Of a DNA stretch of 51,860 bases, positions 9,368 to 17,105 are shown piece after piece. The position numbers and the translations under genes were made by a program. The stretch's first letter is position 1, and every line of letters begins with the position of its first letter. The stretch comes from an uncultured Candidatus Saccharibacteria bacterium. GTDB lineage: Bacteria; Patescibacteriota; Minisyncoccia; Phycocordibacterales; UBA2100. The stretch spans positions 26,667 through 78,526 of the forward strand of contig CAZYLZ010000001.1 in NCBI GenBank assembly GCA_964648335.1. The letters are read 5' to 3'. The notes beneath the pieces are model-generated. The model had not been told where the DNA came from and did not search any database. It saw only the letters and a list, made by a program, of their open reading frames with translations.

Positions 9368-9897
9368 TGCCGAACATAACCGTCAAGGCGAGCACCCGTG
9401 CGCGGCAGCTGCGCATCACGGTCAATCGCGACGGCACTGTATACATAAGCAAGCCGCGCGCCTTCTCTACGGACGACGCATTCGCTTTTGCACGCAAACA
9501 CATGCTGTGGATCAAGCGGCAGATTTTGCGTATGTCGCGACTGCCAAAGCCATCGCGGTATCAGCCGGGCGGTGCGCGCAGGACGTATGCCGCACACAAA
9601 GAAGAGGCGCGCGCGATCATTGCGCCGCGACTCGCTCATTTCGCTACACTCTACGGAGTTTCGGTAAAGCGTGTCTCTGTTCGCAACCAGAAGTCGCGCT
9701 GGGGCAGCTGCTCGCGCAACGGCAACGTGAGCATTAACTACAAGGTTGCCTTTTTGCCCGAGCATTTGCGCGATTACATCCTCGTGCACGAGATCTGCCA
9801 TCTTATCGAGTTCAACCATGGCCGCGCCTTTTGGAGCTTGGTCGAGCGTCAGGTGCCCGACTATAAGGCTCTGCGACAAGAGCTGAAGGCGCAGTGA
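9367..9897 (+). CDS. YgjP-like (DUF45) zinc metallopeptidase-fold protein
   Basis: WGSCS...HEICHLIEFNH...FW motif. TGATG stop/start overlap with the malic enzyme gene. Confidence 0.75.
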   Translation: MPNITVKASTRARQLRITVNRDGTVYISKPRAFSTDDAFAFARKHMLWIKRQILRMSRLPKPSRYQPGGARRTYAAHKEEARAIIAPRLAHFATLYGVSVKRVSVRNQKSRWGSCSRNGNVSINYKVAFLPEHLRDYILVHEICHLIEFNHGRAFWSLVERQVPDYKALRQELKAQ

Positions 9898-9929
9898 AGA
9901 TTTCTCCTTGTAGTGCCTGACGAGGGGTG

Positions 9930-9944
9930 TACTATAACCATATG
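9930..9944 (+). promoter_or_regulatory. -10 box abutting the start codon (candidate leaderless promoter)
   Basis: TACTAT (9930-9935), 6 nt, ATG (9942). Confidence 0.45.
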
Positions 9945-10838
9945 CAAAAGCTACTCCTCGCTCTTGTGGTAGTTAGTGGTATCGGTTTGGGATTGTATGT
10001 GTATTCACAGCGCTCGACGACAGTGGTCGTTACAACACCAACACCAATAGCGACATCGACAACCGAGATTCCAGTACCGGTCGCAACTCATGCCGATCGC
10101 ATCACTTGGGTCGACTCGGGACGGGTCTTCGTGTTCGCTCCGGGCTCGCGCTTTACGGTAGTACTCGATTCGACTCGCTACGAGGCAGGAAAGCTTTCGT
10201 GCTCGCCTGCGACCGTGTTGCGCGAGCTCCCGGTAGCAACTGCAGCAAAAGAAGGTGAATTCGTCCAGAGCTTCGAGACCGGGCAAAGCGGCGAATGCTG
10301 GCTTACCGACGGAGACTTTTCTATAAAGATACGCATCGTCGCCGATACTGCCAAGAAAGAGATCTTCAACGCGCCGCAGGGCTATTCGTTCATGCTGCCG
10401 GTGACCGTTACCAAGACCCAGGGAAGCGACGGCGACATGTATGCAGACAAGCCGCTTGCGCGCTTTGAGCTTGCGCGTAACGACGAAAGTGCAAATACCA
10501 CAGGCACGAACCTCGGCGAAGCCGCGGTGTTGGTTGGGACCGCCTCGAGCAAAGAAAAAGTCGCTGCGTGCCTTACGCCTCACGACACCGAAGAAGCGCT
10601 CGGGCAGCGGACACTCAATGGAATCCCATTCTCGGTATTCAAGAGCCTCGGTGCGGCAGCGGGGAACCGCTACGTTGTAACGAGTATGCGCACCGTGCAT
10701 GCAGGGATGTGCTGGGAGGTGGCCGAGTTCGTACACTATGGTGTCATCGGCAATTATGACCCGGGTGTCGCACTCGACTTCGACGCGGCAGCTGTCGCGG
10801 CACGCCTCGATTCGGTGGCATCCACCTTTGCGTTCTGA
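9942..10838 (+). CDS. Membrane-anchored or secreted hypothetical protein
   Basis: ORF with N-terminal hydrophobic anchor MQKLLLALVVVSG. No recognised catalytic motif. Confidence 0.6.
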   Translation: MQKLLLALVVVSGIGLGLYVYSQRSTTVVVTTPTPIATSTTEIPVPVATHADRITWVDSGRVFVFAPGSRFTVVLDSTRYEAGKLSCSPATVLRELPVATAAKEGEFVQSFETGQSGECWLTDGDFSIKIRIVADTAKKEIFNAPQGYSFMLPVTVTKTQGSDGDMYADKPLARFELARNDESANTTGTNLGEAAVLVGTASSKEKVAACLTPHDTEEALGQRTLNGIPFSVFKSLGAAAGNRYVVTSMRTVHAGMCWEVAEFVHYGVIGNYDPGVALDFDAAAVAARLDSVASTFAF

Positions 10839-11129
10839 TTACAGAAACTTTTCTCCGTAGGCGCGCATCGCGTTGCCTACCATCTTAAGCGCGACTCCTT
10901 TTTCGGTCGCAGCGTAGCTGCCGTCTTTCGACTTCTTGATCATCTTCTCGGCCTCGAGGCGTTTGAGCTTGAGGGTGAGCGTGCGTGTCGAGATACCCTC
11001 GAGCGTGCGCTCGAGCTCGCAAAACCGCTGCGGTCCGTCCCAAAGCGCATGCATGACGAGCATCGTCCACGTGTCAGAGAGGATGAGCGCGGTCTTGGTT
11101 ACGGGGCATGTTTTGGTGGTGGCCGACAT
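10839..11129 (-). CDS. HxlR-family winged-helix transcriptional regulator
   Basis: CPV..AL.L..D.W..L....L..GP.RF.EL.R....IS...L...L..LE pattern. Start at 11129 chosen; the GTG at 11198 would read through the operators. Confidence 0.75.
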   Translation of the reverse strand: MSATTKTCPVTKTALILSDTWTMLVMHALWDGPQRFCELERTLEGISTRTLTLKLKRLEAEKMIKKSKDGSYAATEKGVALKMVGNAMRAYGEKFL

Positions 11130-11137
11130 ATGTGGGC

Positions 11138-11166
11138 ACAGTACCACAGGAGTATTTACTTTACAA
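11138..11166 (-). promoter_or_regulatory. Candidate hxlR promoter
   Basis: On the minus strand: TTGTAA (11166-11161), 17 nt, TACTGT (11143-11138), 8 nt, ATG 11129. The -35 lies inside palindrome O1. Confidence 0.4.
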
Positions 11167-11175
11167 TGTAAAGTA
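11157..11175. promoter_or_regulatory. Palindromic operator O1
   Basis: TACTTTACA-A-TGTAAAGTA, perfect 9+1+9 palindrome. Confidence 0.6.
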
Positions 11176-11198
11176 ATCGTAGCCGAGTACTTATTCAC

Positions 11199-11215
11199 AC
11201 TTTACATTGTAAAGT
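11199..11215. promoter_or_regulatory. Palindromic operator O2 (same half-sites as O1)
   Basis: ACTTTACA-T-TGTAAAGT, perfect 8+1+8 palindrome, 24 bp from O1. Confidence 0.6.
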
Positions 11216-11228
11216 ACTCGCGTATGCT
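11201..11228 (+). promoter_or_regulatory. Candidate promoter of the FMN reductase gene
   Basis: TTTACA (11201-11206, inside O2), 16 nt, TATGCT (11223-11228). Confidence 0.45.
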
Positions 11229-11258
11229 CGGAAGACATTACCGTAATCAAAGAACTAT

Positions 11259-11837
11259 ATGAGCACACTCAAAGTAAAAATCATCATGGGAAGCGTCCGT
11301 CCAGGACGGTTCAGTGAGCACTCCGCCAAATGGATTGCAGGCATCATGAACGAGAATAAGGCGATCGAGGTCGAGATTCTCGATCTTAAAGACTACCCGC
11401 TTGCCTTGTACGCCAACGTGGTATCTCCGAGCATGGGCAACGGCAAGCATGAGGGCGAGGTCGAGTCCGCATGGGCTGCGAAAATTGCCGAAGCAGATGC
11501 CTATGTGTTCGTGACCCCCGAGTACAACCGCAGTATCCCGGGCGCTCTCAAGAACGCTATCGATTACCTCTATCCCGAGTGGAACAAGAAGCCGTTCGGA
11601 ATCGTTACCCATGGATCGGTGGGCGGTGCGCGTGCGGCAGAACACTTGCGCACTATCGGTGTGGAGCTCCAGATGGCATCGGTCCGCGCTGGCGTGCATA
11701 TCGTGGCGCCCTGGATCTTGACCGACGAGAAGGGTCTCAAGGCCGGAGCACTCGATGGCTACAAACAGGCAGCCGACGGCATGATCGAGCAGCTCGTGTG
11801 GTGGGGGAATGCTCTCAAGGCAGCTCGGACCGCATAA
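11259..11837 (+). CDS. NADPH-dependent FMN reductase family oxidoreductase
   Basis: KIIMGSVRPGRFS...FVTPEYNRSIPGALKNAIDYL signature of FMN_red proteins. Divergent from hxlR. Confidence 0.8.
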   Translation: MSTLKVKIIMGSVRPGRFSEHSAKWIAGIMNENKAIEVEILDLKDYPLALYANVVSPSMGNGKHEGEVESAWAAKIAEADAYVFVTPEYNRSIPGALKNAIDYLYPEWNKKPFGIVTHGSVGGARAAEHLRTIGVELQMASVRAGVHIVAPWILTDEKGLKAGALDGYKQAADGMIEQLVWWGNALKAARTA

Positions 11838-11861
11838 ACAGTCGTGTGCGCATGACGCAAA

Positions 11862-11893
11862 AAAATCGCCTTGGTACATGGGGCGGTTTTTTT
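11862..11893 (+). terminator. Probable rho-independent terminator
   Basis: AAAATCGCC / GGCGGTTTT stem (one G-U pair), 11-nt loop, T7 run. Confidence 0.45.
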
Positions 11894-11930
11894 GTTAGGA
11901 CCGGCTCAGTGGATGATTTCCTTACTCGCG

Positions 11931-11958
11931 TTGACAAAAAACCGAGGAGGTATATAGT
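11931..11958 (+). promoter_or_regulatory. Sigma70-type promoter of pnuC-nadR
   Basis: TTGACA (11931-11936), 16 nt, TATAGT (11953-11958). Confidence 0.6.
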
Positions 11959-11973
11959 GTAGTTATTACACTA
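11955..11973. promoter_or_regulatory. Inverted repeat overlapping the pnuC -10 and TSS (candidate repressor site)
   Basis: TAGTGTA (11955-11961), N5, TACACTA (11967-11973). Confidence 0.35.
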
Positions 11974-11986
11974 ATTACAAACCGGC

Positions 11987-12685
11987 ATGGAAGCGCTCGT
12001 ACACCTCTTAAACGTCAATACTATCTTTTTTACCATCTTCGACTACCCGATGAGCTACATCGAGTTCTTTGGCACCATCTTTAGCGTATGGTGCGTGTGG
12101 CTTACCGTCCGCGCCCGAGTCCTCTCGTGGCCGGTGGGTATCGTGGGCGTCGTCCTATATATCTTCTTATTCTACCAAATACAACTTTATTCGGACTTGT
12201 TCGAGCAGGGGTACTTCTTGGTAACCGGTTTCTGGGGGTGGTGGCTCTGGACGCACCCAAAGACCAAGGCCCAGGAAGACAAGAACCGCGAGCTCAAGAT
12301 TAGCTGGAACTCCGCGCGCGAGAACGCGGTCTATGCCGGTGTTATCGTGACGCTTACCGCGACATTGGCGTACGTCACGGCCAATCTTACTATCTGGCTC
12401 CCCGCGTACTTTCCCGAGCCTGCCTCGTACGTGTTCTTTGACGCACTTACCACAGCGCTCTCGTTTACCGCACAGTGGCTCTTGGCCAAAAAGCGCATCG
12501 AGAGCTGGGTGCTGTGGATAGTCGTAGACGCTATCGATGTGTGGCTCTACTGGTTCAAGGGTGTGCACTTTGTAGCACTCGAATACGCATTGTTCTTCTT
12601 CTTGGCATCGAAGGGGCTCTACGACTGGCTGCGCGAGTACCAGAAGGCGAGCATCGAAGAGTCAGAGATGACGCGCAATCATTAG
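11987..12685 (+). CDS. pnuC: Nicotinamide riboside transporter PnuC
   Basis: Multi-TM protein. The N-terminal IFDYPMSYIEFFGTIFSVWCVWL and W-rich helices resemble PnuC. Adjacent to nadR. Confidence 0.8.
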   Translation: MEALVHLLNVNTIFFTIFDYPMSYIEFFGTIFSVWCVWLTVRARVLSWPVGIVGVVLYIFLFYQIQLYSDLFEQGYFLVTGFWGWWLWTHPKTKAQEDKNRELKISWNSARENAVYAGVIVTLTATLAYVTANLTIWLPAYFPEPASYVFFDALTTALSFTAQWLLAKKRIESWVLWIVVDAIDVWLYWFKGVHFVALEYALFFFLASKGLYDWLREYQKASIEESEMTRNH

Positions 12686-12697
12686 CAACGTACTTAT

Positions 12698-13666
12698 ATG
12701 AACAAAAGATTTAACACCGGGATAGTCATAGGAAAGTTTTATCCGCCACACAAAGGGCATCGGTACCTTATCGAGACAGGGCTTGCGCAGTCGGCGTCGC
12801 TTACGGTCCTTGTGTGCGACAAAGAAGGACAGAGCATTCCTGCGGCCCTGCGCGCCTCGTGGATAGCCGAGCTCGTGCCAGATGCGAGAGTGATCGTAAT
12901 ACCCGACACCCTGGCCGACGACGACTCCGAAGGCTGGGCACGCTATACCAAAGAGGTGCTCGGCTTTACGCCCGAAGCTGTGTTTACGTCAGAGGACTAC
13001 GGCGATGCCTACGCGCACTTTTTGGGATCGACGCATGTGCAGGTCGACAAACAGCGTGTCGCGGTTCCTGTTTCTGGTACCAAGGTGCGTGCTAACGCGC
13101 TTGCCGAGTGGGAGCACATCGACCCGCCGGTGCGTGCGCACTTTGCCAAGCGTGTCGCGATAGTGGGTGCGGAGTCGACAGGTACCACTACGCTCGCTCG
13201 TTCGCTTGCCGCGCACTACGAGACCGCATGGGTGCCCGAGTACGGACGCTTGTACAGCGAAGGAAAGATGACCTCGAAGAATGAGTGGTCGAGCACCGAG
13301 TTCGTGCACGTTGCTCGCACACAAAACGCGATGGAAGACATGCTGGCTCGCTCGGCAAACAAGATACTTGTCTGCGACACCAATGCTTTTGCTACAACCC
13401 TGTGGCACGAGCGGTACCTGGGACACATGTCCGAGGCGGTAGCAAAAGAAGCCGAAGGGCGCCACTACGACCTGGTTATTCTTACCGGCGACGAGATCCC
13501 CTTTGTGCAAGATGGTACGCGCGACGGCGAGCATATTCGGCATGCCATGCACGTGCGCTTTTACGAGGAGTTGCAAAAGCTAGGGATTCCGTTTCTGTTA
13601 GTTCGCGGGACGCCCGAAGAGCGCCTTGCTGCGGCTACTGCGGCATGCGACACACTTATCGAATAA
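12698..13666 (+). CDS. nadR: Bifunctional NMN adenylyltransferase / ribosylnicotinamide kinase (NadR type, no N-terminal HTH)
   Basis: GKFYPPHKGH (HxGH nucleotidyltransferase motif) and GAESTGTTT P-loop. At 322 aa there is no room for the enteric HTH domain. Confidence 0.8.
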   Translation: MNKRFNTGIVIGKFYPPHKGHRYLIETGLAQSASLTVLVCDKEGQSIPAALRASWIAELVPDARVIVIPDTLADDDSEGWARYTKEVLGFTPEAVFTSEDYGDAYAHFLGSTHVQVDKQRVAVPVSGTKVRANALAEWEHIDPPVRAHFAKRVAIVGAESTGTTTLARSLAAHYETAWVPEYGRLYSEGKMTSKNEWSSTEFVHVARTQNAMEDMLARSANKILVCDTNAFATTLWHERYLGHMSEAVAKEAEGRHYDLVILTGDEIPFVQDGTRDGEHIRHAMHVRFYEELQKLGIPFLLVRGTPEERLAAATAACDTLIE

Positions 13667-13667
13667 A

Positions 13668-13695
13668 AATGGCGCGACCGTGTGGTCGCGCCATT
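13668..13695. terminator. Bidirectional terminator hairpin
   Basis: AATGGCGCGACC (13668-13679) / GGTCGCGCCATT (13684-13695), 4-nt loop, A-run upstream. Confidence 0.7.
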
Positions 13696-13701
13696 GCGCT
13701 A

Positions 13702-14277
13702 TCAAAAGCTCAGATCGAGCTTCTTGGTATCGAGATCGTGACGAATGGCCTTGATGCAGGCTTCGAAGTCGCCGATGACGAGACGCCCGCCACTGTGGAG
13801 CATCCCGCACTCCATCATCAAATTGATGCGGGTGCCGAAGTCGTCGGTGATTAGATACCCATTTTCGTCGAGCGACGGCTTATCGGGATGCCATGTATGC
13901 GCGACCTTGTGCTCGGTCCTTTGCACAAGAGATATATCTTCTTCTATGTAACCGTACGACACCTTACCGAGCGCATTGCCGAATCCCAACTCGTAGGCAG
14001 TGCCATCGTCCATGCACACGCCGCGAAAGCCATTGCAGTTGGCGACGACGATATCGCACGCATGAATCTGCCCTACATCGCCGCGCTGGATTTTTTTGGC
14101 TGTCTCGATGTCGCGATTACCGAGGTCGAGATTGTTGTCCATGGGGTGCAAGGGCACAAAGCCATGTGTCAGACAGATCCATCGTTGGTACTCGGCATGC
14201 TCGACGGCATTCGGCAGAAAGACTTCGGGGCCGGCAAGATAGAGCTTGGGGTTCTTGGGTCCTGGATGGTTACGCAT
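13702..14277 (-). CDS. Nucleoside 2-deoxyribosyltransferase family protein
   Basis: LYLAGPEVF N-terminal motif and DDGTAYELGF motif of the family. AGGGAG SD upstream. Confidence 0.75.
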   Translation of the reverse strand: MRNHPGPKNPKLYLAGPEVFLPNAVEHAEYQRWICLTHGFVPLHPMDNNLDLGNRDIETAKKIQRGDVGQIHACDIVVANCNGFRGVCMDDGTAYELGFGNALGKVSYGYIEEDISLVQRTEHKVAHTWHPDKPSLDENGYLITDDFGTRINLMMECGMLHSGGRLVIGDFEACIKAIRHDLDTKKLDLSF

Positions 14278-14307
14278 CGCGTTCTCCCTAGGTTGCAGTC
14301 TGGCAGG

Positions 14308-14336
14308 AGTATGTCTTTTTACATTACACTGGTCAA
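14308..14336 (-). promoter_or_regulatory. Candidate promoter of the deoxyribosyltransferase gene
   Basis: Minus strand: TTGACC (14336-14331), 17 nt, CATACT (14313-14308). Confidence 0.45.
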
Positions 14337-14489
14337 CTCAAAGCAAGATGAGTTTCGAGGGTAAAGCATGTACACAATTGGATGCAGTTCGAGGCGCCCA
14401 AGCGATATGCATGGAGACATACTTTTAGTATGGTGACAGGCATATCGTGCCGGGCAACATGGAAATGCGCCGATTGTGTACGTGCTTTG

Positions 14490-15137
14490 TTACTTGCAAC
14501 CGAGTGCTGCCTTGCACTGCGCCAGATCGTCTCCCGTAAGGCTTGCACATGCCTGGCACCGGAGCGCCTTCATATCGGCACCCGACTCTACCGAGGTTCC
14601 AACACTTGATGCCGCAGGCACGCCTTTCATCATGGCGCTCATATCGGTAAAAGTAACGCTCGCAGGAAGCTCGAACTTGCTCGCGTCGGCAGACCATGCC
14701 TCGCACGAGTAATCGACGTTCTGCTCGATATCCATGCCGGCCTTCGGGGCGTTTGGCTGTGCTGGCGCATTCATCGCCGAGAGCGAGAGCTTCATGCCCT
14801 GGGGTGCCGCGCTCGACCACATATACGAAGTATCGTCTTTGATGATCATGTGGCTTTCGATAGTGCCGGACGAAGTCTTCGAGGTAAAGTCGCCGCGCAT
14901 CATACCGCCCGATACGTAGACTGTGCCGTCTGATGCAGCAGCTTCGGTGCCGTTGTGCACGGTGCACGTGTGCGAGCCTGTCATGGCAAGCATCGACTTG
15001 AGCGATCCTGCTGAGGAAGAAGCTGGGGCGGCTGCAGTAGACTCGCTCGTTTTTTGCGCGGGCTTCATGCCGAAGGCGACGGCAAGCGCGATACCGACGA
15101 TAAGGACTGCGACGACACCGATGGTGGTTTTGCTCAT
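14490..15137 (-). CDS. Membrane-anchored, Met-rich hypothetical protein with a C-terminal 4-Cys cluster
   Basis: N-terminal TM anchor. About 15 Met in 215 aa. C-terminal CQAC...C....C. Confidence 0.6.
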   Translation of the reverse strand: MSKTTIGVVAVLIVGIALAVAFGMKPAQKTSESTAAAPASSSAGSLKSMLAMTGSHTCTVHNGTEAAASDGTVYVSGGMMRGDFTSKTSSGTIESHMIIKDDTSYMWSSAAPQGMKLSLSAMNAPAQPNAPKAGMDIEQNVDYSCEAWSADASKFELPASVTFTDMSAMMKGVPAASSVGTSVESGADMKALRCQACASLTGDDLAQCKAALGCK

Positions 15138-15208
15138 ACTAAAGTGCTAGGGGGTTAATACCGGCAGTATACGAGGGAGCCCTGGCATTGCAACCGAAAG
15201 GCAGTAGC

Positions 15209-15874
15209 ATGTGGGGAATGAAGAAGGATACCGAGCGCACACGAGAACTCGCCAAAGCGGTGCGCTACCTGCGCCGCGCCGATCCTCTTTTGGCGCAGGC
15301 CATACAAAACATAGGTCCGTGCACCATGGAACTTAAAGGCGAAAAGACCCTGGTACAGGCACTGGTTCGCGCTGTTGCGCACCAACAGATTCATGGCAAG
15401 GCGGCACAGAATATCTTGGGGCGCTTTTACGCGCTCTATCCCAATGGTGCCAAGAAGTTTCCCGATGCTGCGCTCATTGCGGCAACGTCGATAGGGGCGC
15501 TTCGCGGAGTTGGGTTTTCGCAGTCGAAGGCGCTCGCAATTCTTGATATCGCGCAGGCGGGAGTGGATGGGCGCGTGCCGACGATGGCACAGGCGAAGAA
15601 GCTTGGCGACGAGGAGCTGATACAGATGCTCGTGCCGTTGCGCGGGGTGGGGCGGTGGACCGTCGAGATGCTGCTTATGTTTACCTTGGGGCGTATCGAT
15701 GTGTTGCCGGTAGACGACTTTGGCGTGCGCGAGGGCTTTAAGATTCTCAAGAAAAAACGCGCGCAACCCAAGCCCAAAGTCCTTGCCGCCTATGGCCAGC
15801 GCTGGGCGCCGTACCGCTCGATAGCAAGCTGGTACCTGTGGCGCATGGCGGATGGGGCGAAGAAAGTTAAGTAG
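15209..15874 (+). CDS. DNA-3-methyladenine glycosylase II-like HhH-GPD protein (AlkA-like)
   Basis: HhH LRGVGRWTVEM plus catalytic-Asp region LPVDDFGVREG. Start uncertain (TTG 15188, ATG 15209 or 15218). Confidence 0.7.
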   Translation: MWGMKKDTERTRELAKAVRYLRRADPLLAQAIQNIGPCTMELKGEKTLVQALVRAVAHQQIHGKAAQNILGRFYALYPNGAKKFPDAALIAATSIGALRGVGFSQSKALAILDIAQAGVDGRVPTMAQAKKLGDEELIQMLVPLRGVGRWTVEMLLMFTLGRIDVLPVDDFGVREGFKILKKKRAQPKPKVLAAYGQRWAPYRSIASWYLWRMADGAKKVK

Positions 15875-15889
15875 GTAAAGCTCACAGAG

Positions 15890-15904
15890 TATACTTACTG
15901 CATG
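15890..15904 (+). promoter_or_regulatory. -10 box abutting the start codon (candidate leaderless promoter)
   Basis: TATACT (15890-15895), 6 nt, ATG (15902). Confidence 0.5.
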
Positions 15905-16456
15905 TTTGAAGAATTTCTTCTTTACATTCTTTACATAGCATTTGAAGGATTTATTGAGTACGGATTGTATCGACTTGGTAAAAAGCATCCAACTGTTTTA
16001 TCTGTTGGCGGTGTTTCTGCCATGGCTGTACTTGCTACGGCTCTTATTGGAGCGATCACTACAACCAATGCTGTCCGCGAATGGTATCCGACACTGCAGA
16101 AGCCCTTACTCACTCCGCCGAGCTGGATCTTTGGACCTGTTTGGACACTGTTGTATACACTGATGACTATATCCCTCTGGCGCGTATGGAGATTGCTGGC
16201 AGGTAGAGAAGGGCTCCGGTGGGTACAGGTATTTTTTATACAATTAGTGCTTAATGCATGGTGGTCGATTGCATTCTTTGGGCTGCGCCAGACAGGAATT
16301 GCTCTCATGGTGATCGTGCTTATGTGGTCGTGCGTTGCGTACCTGATCGTAAAAGGAAAACGCATCGACAAGACAGCGACGTATTTTCTGGTGCCGTACC
16401 TGGCGTGGATAACGTTTGCGGCATACCTTAACTTTGGAATTTGGTATCTCAATTAG
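15902..16456 (+). CDS. tspO: TspO/MBR tryptophan-rich sensory protein with an extra N-terminal hydrophobic segment
   Basis: WYPTLQKPLLTPPSWIFGPVWTLLY and LNAWWS motifs. The gene is visibly AT-richer than its neighbours. Confidence 0.8.
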   Translation: MFEEFLLYILYIAFEGFIEYGLYRLGKKHPTVLSVGGVSAMAVLATALIGAITTTNAVREWYPTLQKPLLTPPSWIFGPVWTLLYTLMTISLWRVWRLLAGREGLRWVQVFFIQLVLNAWWSIAFFGLRQTGIALMVIVLMWSCVAYLIVKGKRIDKTATYFLVPYLAWITFAAYLNFGIWYLN

Positions 16457-16563
16457 TACGAAGTCAGTAGAATTGTATTAAGAATGGTTGAGACGCAGAA
16501 TGGTCTCACTGGATTCATACACATGCTATATTCCCAGTAGGGACCTTTCTGTAGGAGAAACAC

Positions 16564-16917
16564 ATGGACAAGCCAAGGCTGCGCGTGCTTCATCGCGCTG
16601 ACAAAATCGTTTTGCTACCCCTTAAGAGTACGAAAGATTCCTTCTTTACAAGAAACATGGATTTGAGGCAACGTATGTGCGCTGCAAAGATTCGCCCTAT
16701 GGTCCGACGAGCGCTTCACGCGTATCAGCCGAGGCGCCGAGTATTCGAGATGACACGGATGGATCACTATGTATGTGTTTCGTTACGTTCGAAGCAAATA
16801 CTGAACGATCGTTGTGTGTCGAGGCTGATCGGTAGGAGTCTTCGCGTATTTAGGAATCATCCAAGCTTTCTGTTTCGCGTTGATGATCTTGCGATGCTTG
16901 GATATGAGGGAATATGA
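16564..16917 (+). CDS. Arg-rich basic orphan protein (117 aa), uncertain
   Basis: AGGAG SD 6 nt before ATG. ORF followed 10 nt later by a strong terminator. No homology recognised. Lower-GC region. Confidence 0.35.
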   Translation: MDKPRLRVLHRADKIVLLPLKSTKDSFFTRNMDLRQRMCAAKIRPMVRRALHAYQPRRRVFEMTRMDHYVCVSLRSKQILNDRCVSRLIGRSLRVFRNHPSFLFRVDDLAMLGYEGI

Positions 16918-16927
16918 AGGATAAGCA

Positions 16928-16958
16928 AAAGTCCGACGCGAGTCGGACTTTATCTTTT
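16928..16958 (+). terminator. Rho-independent terminator
   Basis: AAAGTCCGAC (16928-16937) / GTCGGACTTT (16942-16951), loop GCGA, then ATCTTTT. Confidence 0.65.
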
Positions 16959-17044
16959 CCCGGTAAGTACGGTATCGAGTCAGGCTCAAAATTACACGAT
17001 ACCACTTGACACTTTGTGGGGTCTGACCCCAAACACTATGAACA

Positions 17045-17088
17045 TGCAAAAGAAAAGGGCGCCCGACGGATGAACCGTGGGCGCCCTT
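17045..17088 (-). terminator. Rho-independent terminator of CDS 17106..17960
   Basis: AAGGGCGCCC (17055-17064) / GGGCGCCCTT (17079-17088). On the minus strand it is followed by TTTTCTTTTGC. Confidence 0.7.
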
Positions 17089-17105
17089 GAGTCTAGTTTC
17101 AGAAA

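Noticed and set aside
8779-9879. 366-aa minus-strand ORF
   Set aside because: It is antisense to the malic enzyme and DUF45 genes, with low-complexity Ala/Arg/Ser composition.
16927-16951. AAAGTCCG string resembling the RNase P RNA CR-I motif (GAGGAAAGUCC)
   Set aside because: It is merely one arm of a simple 10-bp terminator hairpin. None of the other conserved RNase P elements are nearby.
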